Below, piece by piece: positions 37,001-52,000 of a stretch of 64,000 nt of DNA. Under the pieces are notes generated by a model. It was not told where the DNA came from, made no database searches, and was given only the letters and a program-made list of their open reading frames with translations. Both the position numbers and the translations under genes were made by a program. The stretch comes from Mytilus trossulus (taxonomy: Eukaryota): the NCBI RefSeq assembly GCF_036588685.1, contig NC_086379.1, positions 78,864,001-78,928,000 of the forward strand. Reading direction: 5' to 3'. Position 1 is the stretch's first letter; every line of letters starts with the position of its first letter.

Positions 37001-40000
37001 TTTGGGCAAACCAAAATATTTTTAAGTGTGGTGCTGCTTTTTGGTGGATACTAGCTATCATTCCACATCACCTTATGTTTATGTTCGGGACCATATGAGT
37101 ATTTGGACCATACGCGTATGGTCATGACCATATGGGTATATACAAATGTACTCATATGGTCCGACCATACGCGTATGGTCCGACCGTACGCGTATGGTCG
37201 GGGTAATTAACACTCTGTTACAGTTTACTTTTAATACTTCTAAACTCTTCATATGGTATGACTGTTCATCAAAAAGACGCTATCATAAAAGTAATTGTAT
37301 TAATATATTATAATAAAAAGATAAGCTAAATAAAAATTAGCCTAGTTAATTTTACTTACTTGTCAAAACTATAATAAACACATTTTATACTTATGGTCAT
37401 TACCAATGGCCAATACGATTTGTTATTACGAGTGAATGGCAATATTTCGATTTAAAAAAAATAAACTTCCAAAAATTTCTTAATGAACTTAATTTTTAAA
37501 TTGTTATTTGGATGGAGAGTTGTCTCATTGGCACTCACACCACATCTTCCTATATCTATGAACAACATTACTCAATTAAGGAGTAACTGGAAAGTAACAT
37601 AGTTTATTTAAGTGGTTTGTGAATATGATGTATTGCAGTCATGTTACGATATTTGAGATCTAGAGCTTCTTTAAAAAAATACACCGTAGACATATCGGAA
37701 TGGCCCAAGACCTCGAGTTCACTGTACGCAGAGCTACAAAAAGACTAGCTTTTCACTAGCAAAACAAAAGGTGTAAATGAAAAGGATCGTGCACAACCCA
37801 GACTTGCAAATGCAAAAGAAATATGATACTGCATGGAAGTAAATGTGATTAACGATGAAAACTAACTATGGCATCAATATATAATTTTTACGTAGTATAT
37901 TATAAAAATAATGCATTGTCATGTTACCATCATTTTTTTAGATAAAGTTTTTGTGTTATTGAAACTTTTATAATGTAATTAAAAAAAATATATACCTAGA
38001 TGGTCCAAATACTCATATGGTCTGGCCCGTTAATAACCAAACGAGTATTATACTCATATGGTCCGACCATACGCGTACGGTCGGACCATACGCGTATGGT
38101 CGGACCATATGAGTATACGCATATAGTCATGACCATATGAGTATGGTCCAAATACTCATATGGTCCGGAACATTTATATTATTTATAATGCATCTTTTAC
38201 CGAGTCTCCAAAGGAAAAGAGGTACACTTATGCTACTTAAGGACCAAAAAACTGAAGTACATATTGTAATATACAATAAGCCCCTTAAAGTGTAACCAGA
38301 TGCTCCGCAGGGCGTAGCTTTATACGACCGCAGAGGTTGAACCCTGAACAGTTGGGGCAAGTATGGACACAACATTCAAGCTGGATTCCGCTCTAAATTT
38401 GGATTGTGATTAAATAGTTGACACAGCATAGGTTTCTGACACAGAATGAATGTATTCAAATGAACTTAATTTTTTGTTTTCTCTTAGAGCAATTCACTAT
38501 GCTGTTGAAAATTAATCCTCTCAAAAAAATGTTTGAAGAAATTTTCTTTTTATTTATGAAATTTCAAATGAGAAAAATTGAACCCAATTTTTTAATCACA
38601 TCCCCCTTTCCCTTATTCCAAAACTAATTTCAATTAAAATATTCTAATGGAGTTTGCAACAATTACTACTCATTTAAATACATCATAAAATATTAAGATA
38701 TAAAAAAACTGCTTGTTATCACTGAATGGTAAAGATTATTTAAATTTATCAGTTGGTAGTAAAAAGTGAATATACATTGTATATTATATATAACAAAGAT
38801 TTAAGTTGATTCTGGACAAAGAAAGATAACTCCAATTAAAAAAAAATCTTGCAGATATTTCTTGCTTACTTTACTGGACAAAGAAAGATAACTCTTAATT
38901 AAAAAAAAATTTGCTATTTCACAATATTGTGAAATTAGATATTTCTTGCCATTGCACAATACTGTGCAATTGAAAAGACTTGATATTGCACAATACTTAA
39001 TATAATAATTTTAGATCCTGATTTAGACCAACTTGAAAACTGGGCCCATAATCAAAAATCTAAGTACATGTTTAGATTCAGCATATCAAAGAGGCCCAAG
39101 AATTTGATTTTTGTTAAAATCAAACTTAGTTTAATTTTGGACCCTTTGCACTTTAATTTAGACCAATTTTAAAACTGGACGAAAAATTAAGAATCTACAT
39201 ACACAGTTAGATTTGGCATATCAAAGAACCCCAATTATTCAATTTTTGATGAAATCAAACAATGTTTAATTTTGGACCTCGTTTTGGGCCAACTTGAAAA
39301 CTGGGCCAATAATCAAAAATCTAAGTACATTTTTAGATTCAGCATATCAAAGAACCCCAAGGTTTCAATTTTTGTTAAAATCAAACTAAGTTTAATTTTG
39401 GACCCTTTGGACCTTAATGTAGACCAATTTGAAAACGGGACCAAAAATTAAGAATCTACATACACAGTTAGATTCGACATATTAAAGAACCCCAATTATT
39501 CTATTTTGATGAAATCAAACAAAGTTTAATTTTGGACCCTTTGGGCCCCTTTTTCCTTAACTGTTGGGACCAAAACTCCCAAAATCTATACCAACCTTCC
39601 TCTTATAGTCATAAACCTTGTGTTTAAATTTCATAGATTTCTATTCACTTATACTAACGCTATGGTGGGAAAACCAAGAAAAATGCTTATTTGGGTCCCT
39701 TTTTGGCCCCTAATTCCTAAACTGTTGGGACCGTAACTCCCAAAATCAATACCAACCTTCCTTTTGTGGTCATAAACATTGTGTTTAAATTTCATTGATT
39801 TCTATTTACTTTAACTAAAGTTATTGTGCGAAAACCAAGAATAATGCTTATTTGGGCCCTTTTTTGGCCCCTAATTCCTAAACTGTTGAAACCAAAACTC
39901 CGAAAATCAATCCCAACCTTTCTTTTGTGGTCATAAACCTTGTGTCAAAATTTCATAGATTTCTATTAACTTAAACTAAAGTTATAGTGCGAAAACCAAG

Positions 40001-43000
40001 AAAATGCTTATTTGGGCCCTTTTTGGCCCCTAATTCCTAAAATATTGGGACCAAAACTCCCAAAATCAATACCAGCCTTCCTTTTATGGTCATGAACCTT
40101 GTGTTAAAATTTCATAGATTTCTATTCACTTTTACTAAAGTTAGAGTGCGAAAACTAAAAGTATTCGGACGACGACGACGACGACGACGACGACGCCAAC
40201 GTGATAGCAATATACGACGAAAATTTTTTCAAAATTTGCGGTCGTATAAAATTTCTTCATCTCTAGTGACTTTTCATCAACTCACACCAACTTTTATTGT
40301 GACATCATTGATTCTATCTCCATGTTTTAGTTTTTTTGTATTACAGTATCTCAACTTTGACATAGTTATAAACTTATAAGTGTAAATCTTATTTTAATTT
40401 TAGGGAAAAATAAGGGAAAATATGGCACCCTGTCCTTGTATAGAAAGATTTCTAAATATGAAGGTAACAGGATTAAGATGGAAATATCTTGTCCTGCTGA
40501 TCATTTGTTTACTGACAATTTTGTTGTCCATGTATCTACTATAAAAAAAATTGCCAAAAAACTCATATTTATTTGGGAAAGCAAATTTACAGATATAACA
40601 TTGTTGGGTTGATGTTTAGATGATTTGTATATATATTTATTCATATACAAATATCAATTTGAATAGTGTATCCATGTTGAATAATGAATAACAACTTACA
40701 GCTTGAGATGACTCCTGGTCCCCTGTATCTCCATCAGAACTGGAATATTTGGTATCATCTTTATCAGAGCCAGGTATAGCCATTCTTAGATCATCAGAGG
40801 ATACTTTTTGTGCTTTTGACCTTGTTTTGTCCTTGATTCTGGCACTGGGTGATTTTGCACGCTGTTTCCTCTCATCTTCTTCTTTCTTGCTCTCACTCTT
40901 TTTAGGCCTTGTTGGATCAACAGAAGTTGTTGATGCAGATACTGGAGTTACGTTTTCACTTCCCTCTACAAATCTATTTAATGGAAGACTATCAACAGCA
41001 GAATCACTAGCAGACATTTTGAGCTTTGGTTCATCACCTGCATCAGCTATATCCCTAGATAGAGTAGATTGTTCTGGAACCTGAACATTTCCTAAGTCAA
41101 GTCCTTCCAAACTATCACTCATTTCGTTAACCTTTAACAACTGTCCTACATTCACAGCTAAATTAATATCAGAATGATGTCTACGAGAATTTTTTAAACT
41201 TTCTTTCTTTTTAGTGTCTTGTTTACTATCACTAGAAGCTGCAGTGCCAAGTCTACCATTGACAGCTGCCTGGTCTAATTCTTCTGAACCTTGACGAGAA
41301 GAGTCAGTTGAAGAAGATTTAGACTCAGATTTAACATTTGAGTTTTGTAAATCCATAACAAGACGAACAGCTTTCATCCAGTTGTTTCTTATGCCAGAGG
41401 TCATTGCTGATAACAAATACTCTCCATTCCTTGTCTGTAACAAGTAGAAATATAACATTTTAACCTCACTTTGGCTTAAAATAAACAAAGTCAGAAAGAG
41501 ACATTTGACTTACTGTAATCCAACTTATTTTTTAGGAGTAGAAAAATAACATGAATATAAATCAAAAGAATAAGTAAATCTTAGATTGTTCTTTATACGA
41601 CTACCTCAAGTTAATTTGAAAATCACGAAATTAATTCGCAGCAAAATGGGATAGAAAGGGCTTAAGGCAAAATAAAGTATCCGTGAAAATAAGTTTGTTT
41701 ACAGTATATGACTATAAAAAGTTGGTATTTGAAAATCATCCTTCAAATTGAATATATAGGGTATTTCTTTATATTTTACTAAAACCTGATGAAAGAGTTA
41801 ATGCACAATAAAGATCAAATCAATCCAAGCTCCATTACAAAAATTAAGATCAAAATGATAACTTTATTTAGACTTACCTTTATACGAAATCCATAATTCC
41901 TACCAATACTGACTTCAACAATATCGTAACATGTAGATAAATCTATTCTACCATCTAAAGTGTTGGTTTCCTCGGCTTTGGCATCTTTATAATAACGTAA
42001 AGAGTTTCCAGTCAAGACAAACCAATGCTTCTTCCAATCTTTTTCTGATATACCTTGCTTGATCAGCCAGCCCTTCTTCATGTACATAAGATCCTAAAAT
42101 CAAACACATTATTTTACTCAACATTTTAACCATACCTTGACTTAACTAGTACGCATGGTTCAGTGACATTTAAACTTGCTTAAAGCATCTGTTTGGATTT
42201 TATTTCAGCCGATTTGTTAAACACAGAAAACTCTTACACAAATAAGTATCAATAACAATTCAAAACAAAAGTAACAACCTTACACAGGCATGCTTAAAAT
42301 CAGCCGCGTCGTAAGATTAAGCATACCTTTTTCAACATTGTTTAAATAACAATCTTTTCTGTTGATAAAATTCTATTTAACCTTCTATTCTCTGATGAAC
42401 TTATTGTTTACTTCTGATTAAAATCAAAGTAGAAGTTTATTATGTTCAAGATAAACCTATAACCTTGAATAATTAAATACCATTCAATTAGATTTAAGAA
42501 AACATGCAAATATTGTGTTCTAAATTAATCAACCCTTCTTTTTCTTTATTTTCAATAAGCAGCATTAAGTTGATTTGAATAAACAACAAATTTTTGCTAA
42601 TTTGTTACTGGCAAGTCTAACAGTCCATTCTTGATTTCAAGCATTAATCATTCTGATTTCATTTCCACTTTTGCTCTTTTAGCCTTCAATTGTAGCTATA
42701 CATATCAACTTCTAAACTCTGGCTTCCTGATTTAACAAACTCATGAGTACCTGCTAATCACCGCCCCTAAGCTTTCATTATACAGACATAAATGTAAAAC
42801 AAAATCCAGAAATCCTCCATTTATTTTAAACATGCTTTAAAATGCTGTGCTGTCTAGCTCACTCTCACTTCACACAAAATAATTCTACTGAAAAGCTGAA
42901 AGTTTTCTCAGGACAAGATTTGAAAGTATAAAACAAGAAATCAAGCAAAGCATTGCAATATTCAAGAAATCTTTCTTTATTCAATAAAAGTTATAAAACA

Positions 43001-46000
43001 ACTTTTTTTTACTATTGGCAGTTCTTCACTTTAGTATACATTCAACTCAAAATGAAATCAAATCAATGAAGGCATTTAGACCTTCCTTTGGATGCACTTC
43101 AATAAAAAGTAAAAACCTATAATTCTAGAAAATAACTTGCTTAACACTGTTTAATGCATACCAATACCTAGTTCTACACTATAATCAAAAAAGAAACTCT
43201 CTGCTTTACTTTTGAATGCTTCACACATTACTTAATTGTTACCTGACTATAGGTGACAAAGCGTATATGGAAACTCTGTAAACAGACCCTTGTAAAGTGC
43301 TTTTTGATAACTCTACTGAAGTTTCTCTATGGCTTTGCTTTGCCTACACAACCTCAAAGCTTATCAAGCTTGCAAACACTTGCTATTCTTACCTTTTGTT
43401 TGCTTGCATTACAATATCTAACTTTGTACATAAGCAGACCACAGGCCAGTTCCAACATTTCCATTTGCTCCCTATTATGACCTGGTTTCTCTCTTTGACT
43501 GGTTACCTGTATGATTGAGGGGTGTTTAATTACCCAATATATTAAATCTCAGAACCTAAGCCTGAAATTTCTTTTTTTTAACATTTGAAGAATTTTACAA
43601 GTGTAATTGACTGATTTTCATCAAGAGCATCTTGTATCCTATTTTCTCCCTGTCTTCACCTTGTCCCAATGTTATTTTGAAAACTTACCTCATATCTCGT
43701 CCCTACACTAGCCTGTGCCCCTGCAGGATGCAAGGCTGAAGCTGACTGTGATCTTCCTGCAGCCTGTAACTCACTAGATTTAGCCATCTGTAATAAAAGA
43801 TAATATCATTTATTAAAATGACATTAACCAATAGTTAAATGCTTGTCTGCTGAATAATTATCAAAGCAAACTAAACATGGACTTCCAATTATTCTCATAC
43901 CTCAAATCAATACATTTTCCAAATTCATCATCTCTGGAGACAAAGTGTCTCCCACAACTGATATCAATAATTACAGAATTTTATTGCCTCTCATAACATG
44001 CAATATATGCATAAAATGCAACAGATATTAATATGTGTTATCAGCTCTGGTCGTATTGAAGTTTTACAAAACGATATTAATCAAGTAATAAATTCAAAGT
44101 CTGGATACAAAAGTTTATCCACACCAACTACAAGTTGTAAAGAGATAAATACTGCATCAGGGATTACAATTTGTACTATATTTCTTTCTTCCTAGATTGT
44201 ATAACATTACATTTCTAACCTATCTGAAGGTTTGTGAAAGTAAAAGATAAGTTATCTACAATTACAAACTTTGACTCAGTCTTATAATAAATTAAAGCAT
44301 CTTTAAATCAAAGGGTAATTAAACCTGTTATTGAAGTAGAATTGAATTTCAAAGTAAAAAGCATGAAATATTTCACTACAGTTAGTCAAAGTCACAGACA
44401 CTGTACATTTTATGATAAATGTAATTCATATGATATTTATTGACGGATACATTTGAAAATGAGGTACTGTGGATTCATTATTATTCGTTGGATATCAATT
44501 TTTGTGGATTTCGTGGAACCACGAAATCAAATGTTGAACAAATATCATCTTTTCAATAGGCTTTGTATACAGAGATTGACAAAACCACGAAATCCACTAT
44601 CCACAAATATGCAAGTTTTCAGCAATCCACGAAAATTGATACCCACGAAAAAATAAATGAATCCACAGAAGCATGACTGCAAGATAAAGTATGGGAGAAA
44701 AAATCTCAGAGAGTAAAATTTCTTGCTAAAGTCAGCATCAACAGTAGGTTAGGTGACCAACTATTCCTTGAAGTCACCAGACAAGGGGTGTAACAATACC
44801 ATTGTACCATGATTAAAAGTAAGTTAGTTTCCTAACTCTTAACTTGGGGTTTAACAAAATTAATGAAGCATTAAATGTAAGTATAAAAGACCTTTTCTGT
44901 TTGGTATTAGTGCTTTCATGTTAAACTCCCATATTAAAAATAACACATACATGCATGTATATGCTTCCCTTACTTTACAGCAAATCGATAGAAACATTGC
45001 AACATCAGGGCTTATGGTATAGACTCAATATTAACACCTGAGTTCAGATGACATATGCTCAGTTGTCAAATTCGAATTTATTACAGACCAATAACTTAAG
45101 ACTGGAAAAGTAGATTTTCAAAATCAATAGGAAGATTGTTTTCATGGAACAAAATATTATGTAGATTGTCATAAAGATCTATTCATACAAACATATGCTT
45201 ATTAATAATTATGAGACATTTATCAAATTGCATCAAAACAAGAAATAACCAGGAAAATTGTTTGAAATCAAAATATAGATTGTCTACCTGTATATGAAAT
45301 AAAACACTGTTTTTTTGTTTTTTTTTTATTTCATATTAAAAATACTTTCAAGCAATCCAAAGTAATATTTACTAGAAATTTTAGACTTTCATGGTTAGCT
45401 TCCAAAAAATAACTAAAAATCAGATGGAAATATACCTTGTCAAAATCTGCAATAAGAGCATACCTGGATTATGATGAGAAGTTCTTACTAAGATACATGA
45501 AGAATTAAATTGAACATTACCTATTGATGTCAGTGCCTGGTTATAAATATTCTTGTAGCTGTCAGAGGGCTGAGGCATAACAAAAATGGCTGCATTACAT
45601 TAGCAAACAATTAGTCCCATACCTCATGTCATAGAAGAAATTTATTTACTAAATCCAGCAATAAACAAATACCTGCCATGTGTGTACTCTTGATGAAGAA
45701 CATATAATGAAATAAGCTTACTTGAAACAAATCCCAGGTATAACAAACATTTTAAATGTATCCTTTCTACACTAAAAACAATGTTGTCCTTTCATTAAAA
45801 TCCCAAATTCCAATGATTTTGTACATTTAAAACACTACAATCCGTACTATATGATACCATTAAATATAAGATACCTGTCAGAATTTGTAATTTATGTAAA
45901 TAATACAACAATCAGGTCACAATTATACAGGTGTGTAATACCATCCAATCTATCAACTCTACAATCCTCCCTAAACATCCATCTTATAGTGGACAAAAAG

Positions 46001-49000
46001 TGGTGATCTAAACCTTCTTACAAAACAATGGTAGTGTACTTACTTTTAATGTTATATTACATAACCTTTAATTAAACGGCTGTGATTCCGATCTAAAAGA
46101 AAATCTTTCTATAATTGTAAGCGATTGTACTTCATTTTGACTCTATTTAATGCACCACTAAATTCTAGATGAAAGACTTAAAGAAGTAAATAATGAACCT
46201 TATTTGATTGATATATACGTTAAAATTGAGGGTATCTCTCATTTTTATTTGCCTAATTTGATGTAATCGTACACCAAATCATACAGTCAATATACGTCAT
46301 TTAATTCATAATGTCTTCTACCCGTCTAAGTGCCTCAGGACCAGGGACGACACATTCCATCACCTTGACATAAAACTTGTCAATACTTATAATTACTTTA
46401 AATGTTATTATTTCACTAGTATTCTTTTTTTATTATTCTTTATTATATATCTATTACACACATACACTAATACAAATCATGTGACACTATGAAACGTCTA
46501 ATAACAAATGTCAAAGTAAGACCTATCAGAAATGAGTGAATTGTAGAAATTTTTATGGATTACTTTGGGGATGAACAAAAGTTTTTACCAACATTTCTTT
46601 CATTATATACTATAAAAGTTGACAGATCACAACAGGTATGAGAGAAGTGACCACAAACGAGGATAATTTTTGCCTTCTTTTCAAGTTCTTACCAAAGTAA
46701 ATTTTATTGAAGTATTGTGTTTATTTCTACAGGGAAACCATAGCTTGAACTACTTATTTACAAAAGTTGGTGTCTTGTCTCTTTTTTGTTTTGAAGAGAC
46801 AAATCAGGAGGTGTCTCTGTTTTGTTATCAGATCAATTGTTTAATCAAGTGACAAATAAGTTAAACATAAGTCTATTGGTGTTAAGCTCTCATATTGCAT
46901 TGTGGTTAGGTAATAGGGATGTCATTGGTTGAATCACCAACCAGGGTTAACCACAAACCATTGGTATTTGTGGTATTTTTGTTTTAAGTATTTACATTTT
47001 TAAGTAAGAGCAATGAGTTGTCAACTGGTGTCAAGAGTAGTGCACCCTTGTGGGTGATAAGTCTTCCTGCTGAATATATTAACTTGTGCAAACTATGGAA
47101 TGGTACAAATTCAGTTCAGAGTGAATATTATGAACAGATTTCATGATCTAAGAAGAAAGTCAAAGTTTAAAAGTGAACTAGACCGAATTCAATAACTTTA
47201 TCTGTGCTTTTTGAACATAAATAAGGCTGTTAGTTTTGTCATTTGAATTGTTTTACATTGTGATTTCAGGGCCTTTTTAAGCTGACTATTCTTTATTGCT
47301 CATTGTTGAAGGCCATAGGATGACCTATAGTTGTTAATTTCTGTGTCATTTTGGTCTCTTGTGGAGAGTTGTCTCATTGGCATTCATACCACATTTTCTT
47401 TTCTATATTTGTATTTTCAAGAGGAAATGAATTCTTTTTTTTTCATATTGTATAACAAGGAGATTTAATATTTTTCTCTGTTCACATAGATTTTATAAAG
47501 AACCTTTCTTATCGCTCTTGTCTGAATTTCTTCATCTTTTAACATTTAACAATACTTTGGATAAAAAAAAGTATCAGTTACTATTTTAGCTGACACCGAA
47601 ATTTTTGAATTTTCGGTCAAATAACAAAAATAAGTTACAGATTAAAGTATTGTTCATTTGTATGTAGGGTCCAATACAGAAAAAAAGGTCAATCTTTATC
47701 ATAAACAGTCACATGTGTAGCAGGTTTTAATATTTTGATACAAAGTATAAAAATGTCCCTCTCACCTGACATATTAGACGATTTTTCCAGATGTACAAGT
47801 CAACATATAGATCAAGATGATTTATAAGATATAAATAATCAGTATCATCCATTGTGCAACTCAGATAATCATTTCCATATAATACTGAATCATAAAACTT
47901 TTATGATGTGCTAGTCTTCATAAATGTCTTATAAATTTGCATAATCCTTCATTTTATCATCTCAATAAAATTTAAATCACATGCTTCAGTATAAATCTGA
48001 TCAGAAAATGTTAGATTTACTTGACAATTAAAAGTTTTGTTCTTCAGGATATAATCGATGTACTTGTATTTCAAGTAGCAATTTGAACTTTAAAGAAAAA
48101 AGAAGTCCAAAGCAGCAAAATTTATCCCATGTCTAAATATTTAGGTGAATTTCAGTATCTTGTGTCAACTTCAAATAAAAGTTAATCCCAAAACTATTGA
48201 TAAATTAGAATTACTACACCATTTTAAATCAAAACTAAATAAACATCAATTCTTTAGCAGCTGTAAAGGATTATCCTGAATTTGTTAAAACAATTATTTG
48301 ATATTTCACAAACTTTACAAATTTTATTTATTCAAAGTTGATACCCAAAGTTTTGATGTTATTGACATATTATTGACATTGGTCAGCTAAGCCTTGATTC
48401 ATCTGATGTGTACACTTTAGTTATCTTTGAACATGAAAAGAGCTGATTAATGTTCTGCTAGTTCCAAGCAAAAATTTGAATAGGTGTCAGATCCAGGTAC
48501 ATGTATGAAACCAAACTGTTTCTGAGATACTTACAAATACATTTGTCAACCGGATAAAACTAAATTCATTTTAAAATTGCAATAAAAATTCCGTTAAAAC
48601 TTGGTAATAATAAATGAGAGTAATTTTCCCTAAAATACGTAAATATTCATAAAGGTGAAGTATTCTGTCATGTGACAGTAACAGAAGGATACACATTTTA
48701 AAGATGAATATTAATGTACCTGTTATCTTGTCTTTTATTACTACCTGAAGATTTATGGCGGACAATACCCCCATTTTGTTGCGAAGTTCTTGTCAACAAA
48801 CTCTGATTCAATTTAAAGTTGACAAAGTGAGTTTAATTAAGAATATGATATTTGATCAAAGCAGACGGTTTATCAGTTGTTTACTTACATGTACAATGTA
48901 TCTATTTTCAGGTACTGTAACTGGGCAGACGTGGAGTAGGAATGAAACTTATCACTAAAAACAAGTTATTTTACACTACAAACTAAAACTCTAAAGGAAT

Positions 49001-52000
49001 ACAATTACCTACAGTACACCAGTTTTTTTATACATTGGTGAATGAAGTTAATCAATAAATGAGGAATATGTCTTAGGACATGAATGCCCCCGCTCTTCAA
49101 AGCTTTCCAATTTTTAAAGTTAAAAATGTTCATTACTCTAGAATGATAATTGATTCAATACCCAAATTCAAACAGTCTGACAGTTTAAGTTTTAATATTG
49201 CGTATGAATTTCAAAAAAATTGGATGAGGAAAACTTAAGTAGAATGCAGAAACGAAAATGGGACAGACTGAAGGTCAAGGAAGCACTTAATGCCCCTTTT
49301 ATATAAGATGCAAATTTGATTTTTTAATGATAATATGAACACATACTTTGAAATATTTCTAAAATGTCGACAAACAATGATTTACAGTATTTTAAGGAAG
49401 ACCATGTGGAACCAGACTGGAAAACACCAGTATATAGAAAAGCACTGTTTCATTATTTAAACCAATCTGATAGTTTTTCAGCTTATAGTAAGAGGCAGAG
49501 ATGTTAGGTATGAAAGAGGATGTACTCCCTTTTACCTATATAGTATGTTAAACTGCATGACTCAAGATTAATTTAATAAACTTATAATAAGTTTTGTTCC
49601 AACATCAAGCTCTTATTACTATCTAATTATTTTTACTTTGTGCAATGACATGACAGAAATCCAAACAATAATCTGTTATATTTTAAAATATAAAGCTGAA
49701 ATATCATACATATTTATCTTCATGATCGAGGCCTCAACAATAAAATAACCAAGTTTACTGAATTTCTTGCATAATTTGATGAAAATAATCTGGAATACAG
49801 AGTTGTCCCTGCTGTTGATCATGTTTTAGACACTTTATCCATTACACCATTATCCATGTAATTTATTTTTTATCATAATAAGGTTTTATGTAATTAAAAA
49901 TCCAATTATAATATTTCTACACAAAAACAAAAATATATACAGGTTGACATGTTTACAATCTTGTTTACCAAAATTTCATTTATTTTATCCGGTGATGTTT
50001 TCATACGAAAAAGACAGAAAACTTACATTGAATTTTTTTAGATTTTCCAGTTTTATACGTGTATTAACTTTGCTCTTGTTATGAGGATTTTGGTAGTTCT
50101 TGATAAATAAATCAATAGGAGATTAATGCATGTAATTAACTTACAACATATGTTCCACCCATCCTCACGGCTTTTTGCAGGGTACTGGATGAATAGCGTT
50201 TTGAGTATTGTTCTTATTTGGACAGACTTATGGACAGGAGGACAAAGATTATTATTCTAATGACTGGCATCTAAAACAACTGTCAATGTCAAATTTCTGA
50301 TCCCAGTTTTAAAATATTTACATCAAGTAGCATGTATTATTTCATACAGATCATTTCAGACAGGCATCACATTTCATTATACCTTCACTTTATATCAACT
50401 TATCAAGTCAAATCCAGAATATAAGATCAAATATAAATCAAACTCTTTAAATGAAGGTGCTCATCATCACCAGTTACTATAGAAAAGCCTTCCTCACTTT
50501 AATAAAAAGCATAACAGTTTACATTAACACTTCTAACATTTAAAAAACAAGAATGTGTCACAAGTACACGGATCCCAGATGCCCCATCTCCAATATCATT
50601 TTCTATGTTCAGTGGACTGTGAAAATGAGGGAAAATCTCTAATTTGGCATTAAAATTAGAAAGATCATATTATAGGAAACATGTGTACTAAGTTTCAAGT
50701 TGATTGGATTTCAACTTCATCAAAAACTACCTCCACCAAAAACTTTAACCAAAACATTAACCTGAAGCAGGACAGAGGAACAGACGGACAAACGGACCAA
50801 CAGACCAGAAAACATAATGCCCATAAATGGGACATAAAAATGAACCAATAATTCTCATTACTGTTTTATTATTTACTAGGGTAGTACTTGAGTACAGTAT
50901 AAAATTATTACTTCCTTTTAATTTTATGGTGTTTATTTTCAATTTTCCCTATGGGGTCATATAGAACATTGTGTCACATGTTTTATTTTGTTAACTGAGC
51001 TATTAGGGTCTATAAGTGACACTTACATTGGTTATTAATGAAAATGAAAGCCATAAATAAATGACCACTTAAGAAGATTTTTAAGCATGTGCTACCTGAC
51101 AACTTATAAGCTAACCAGTATTTGTCCTTGATATTGATTTTAATAAGTCAAGAATGGAAATTTGAAAAAAAGAGAAAGCAGTGGTACCACAATTGCAATA
51201 GTGGCAGTATTTTAATTTTAGATAATAGATAGAGTTAAGAAAACTGTTTTTTGTGATGTGGAGAAGCTTATCATTAATCTTAACATTGACAAAAGTTCTG
51301 CATTTGCACGATCACAACAAAAAGATCTTCTCTACCTAGAGATTTTCCTTCTATTTGTTCTTAAATTTTAACAAAAAACATATTTATGTTTTCAAACTAT
51401 GAAATTGTATTCAGTTCTAATCATACTTTTTTTGTGATTTTGAGAAGCATGTTATTTTAAACAAAGTTAAAAGTTCATGATCATTTTCAGAAAGTGTTAT
51501 CAATACATGCTTTATGCATTAAGTGCTGTGAGTTACTTTTGTATACAAAATTGGCTACTTATTTCTTTTTATCATATGCTTGATTAAATAACATAATTCA
51601 AAATAAATTTATCTGGTAAAGTTAGACAAGAGAACAAGTATTTATCTACTAAACGACCATTTGATGTAGCTGTCTACAGGAAGTTTTAGCAGATTTCTTT
51701 TGTATATATTAAGTTATTTTGTAGCAATAATGGAAAGTTCTTTGAGTACAGTTGAAAGCTCCACATTTAATAACAGAAGAAATATAGTGTTATACTTTAT
51801 GCATATTTTCAGGCATAAGCAATAACAGTTGTCTCCCTTTGACTGGAGTTAAAACAGACAAACAGCATTCTCATCAAAAATTTTGCATTTACCTTGCTAC
51901 ATAACAGAACAAATACTACTATGGATTCATTATTATTCATTGGATACCAATTTTCGTGGCTTTAGTGGATCCAGGTGAAGCACAAAATTAAATGTTTAAA

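Noticed and set aside
40086-40379. ORF with a poly-Arg tract
   Set aside because: Translation of the (GAC)n microsatellite of a HINE.
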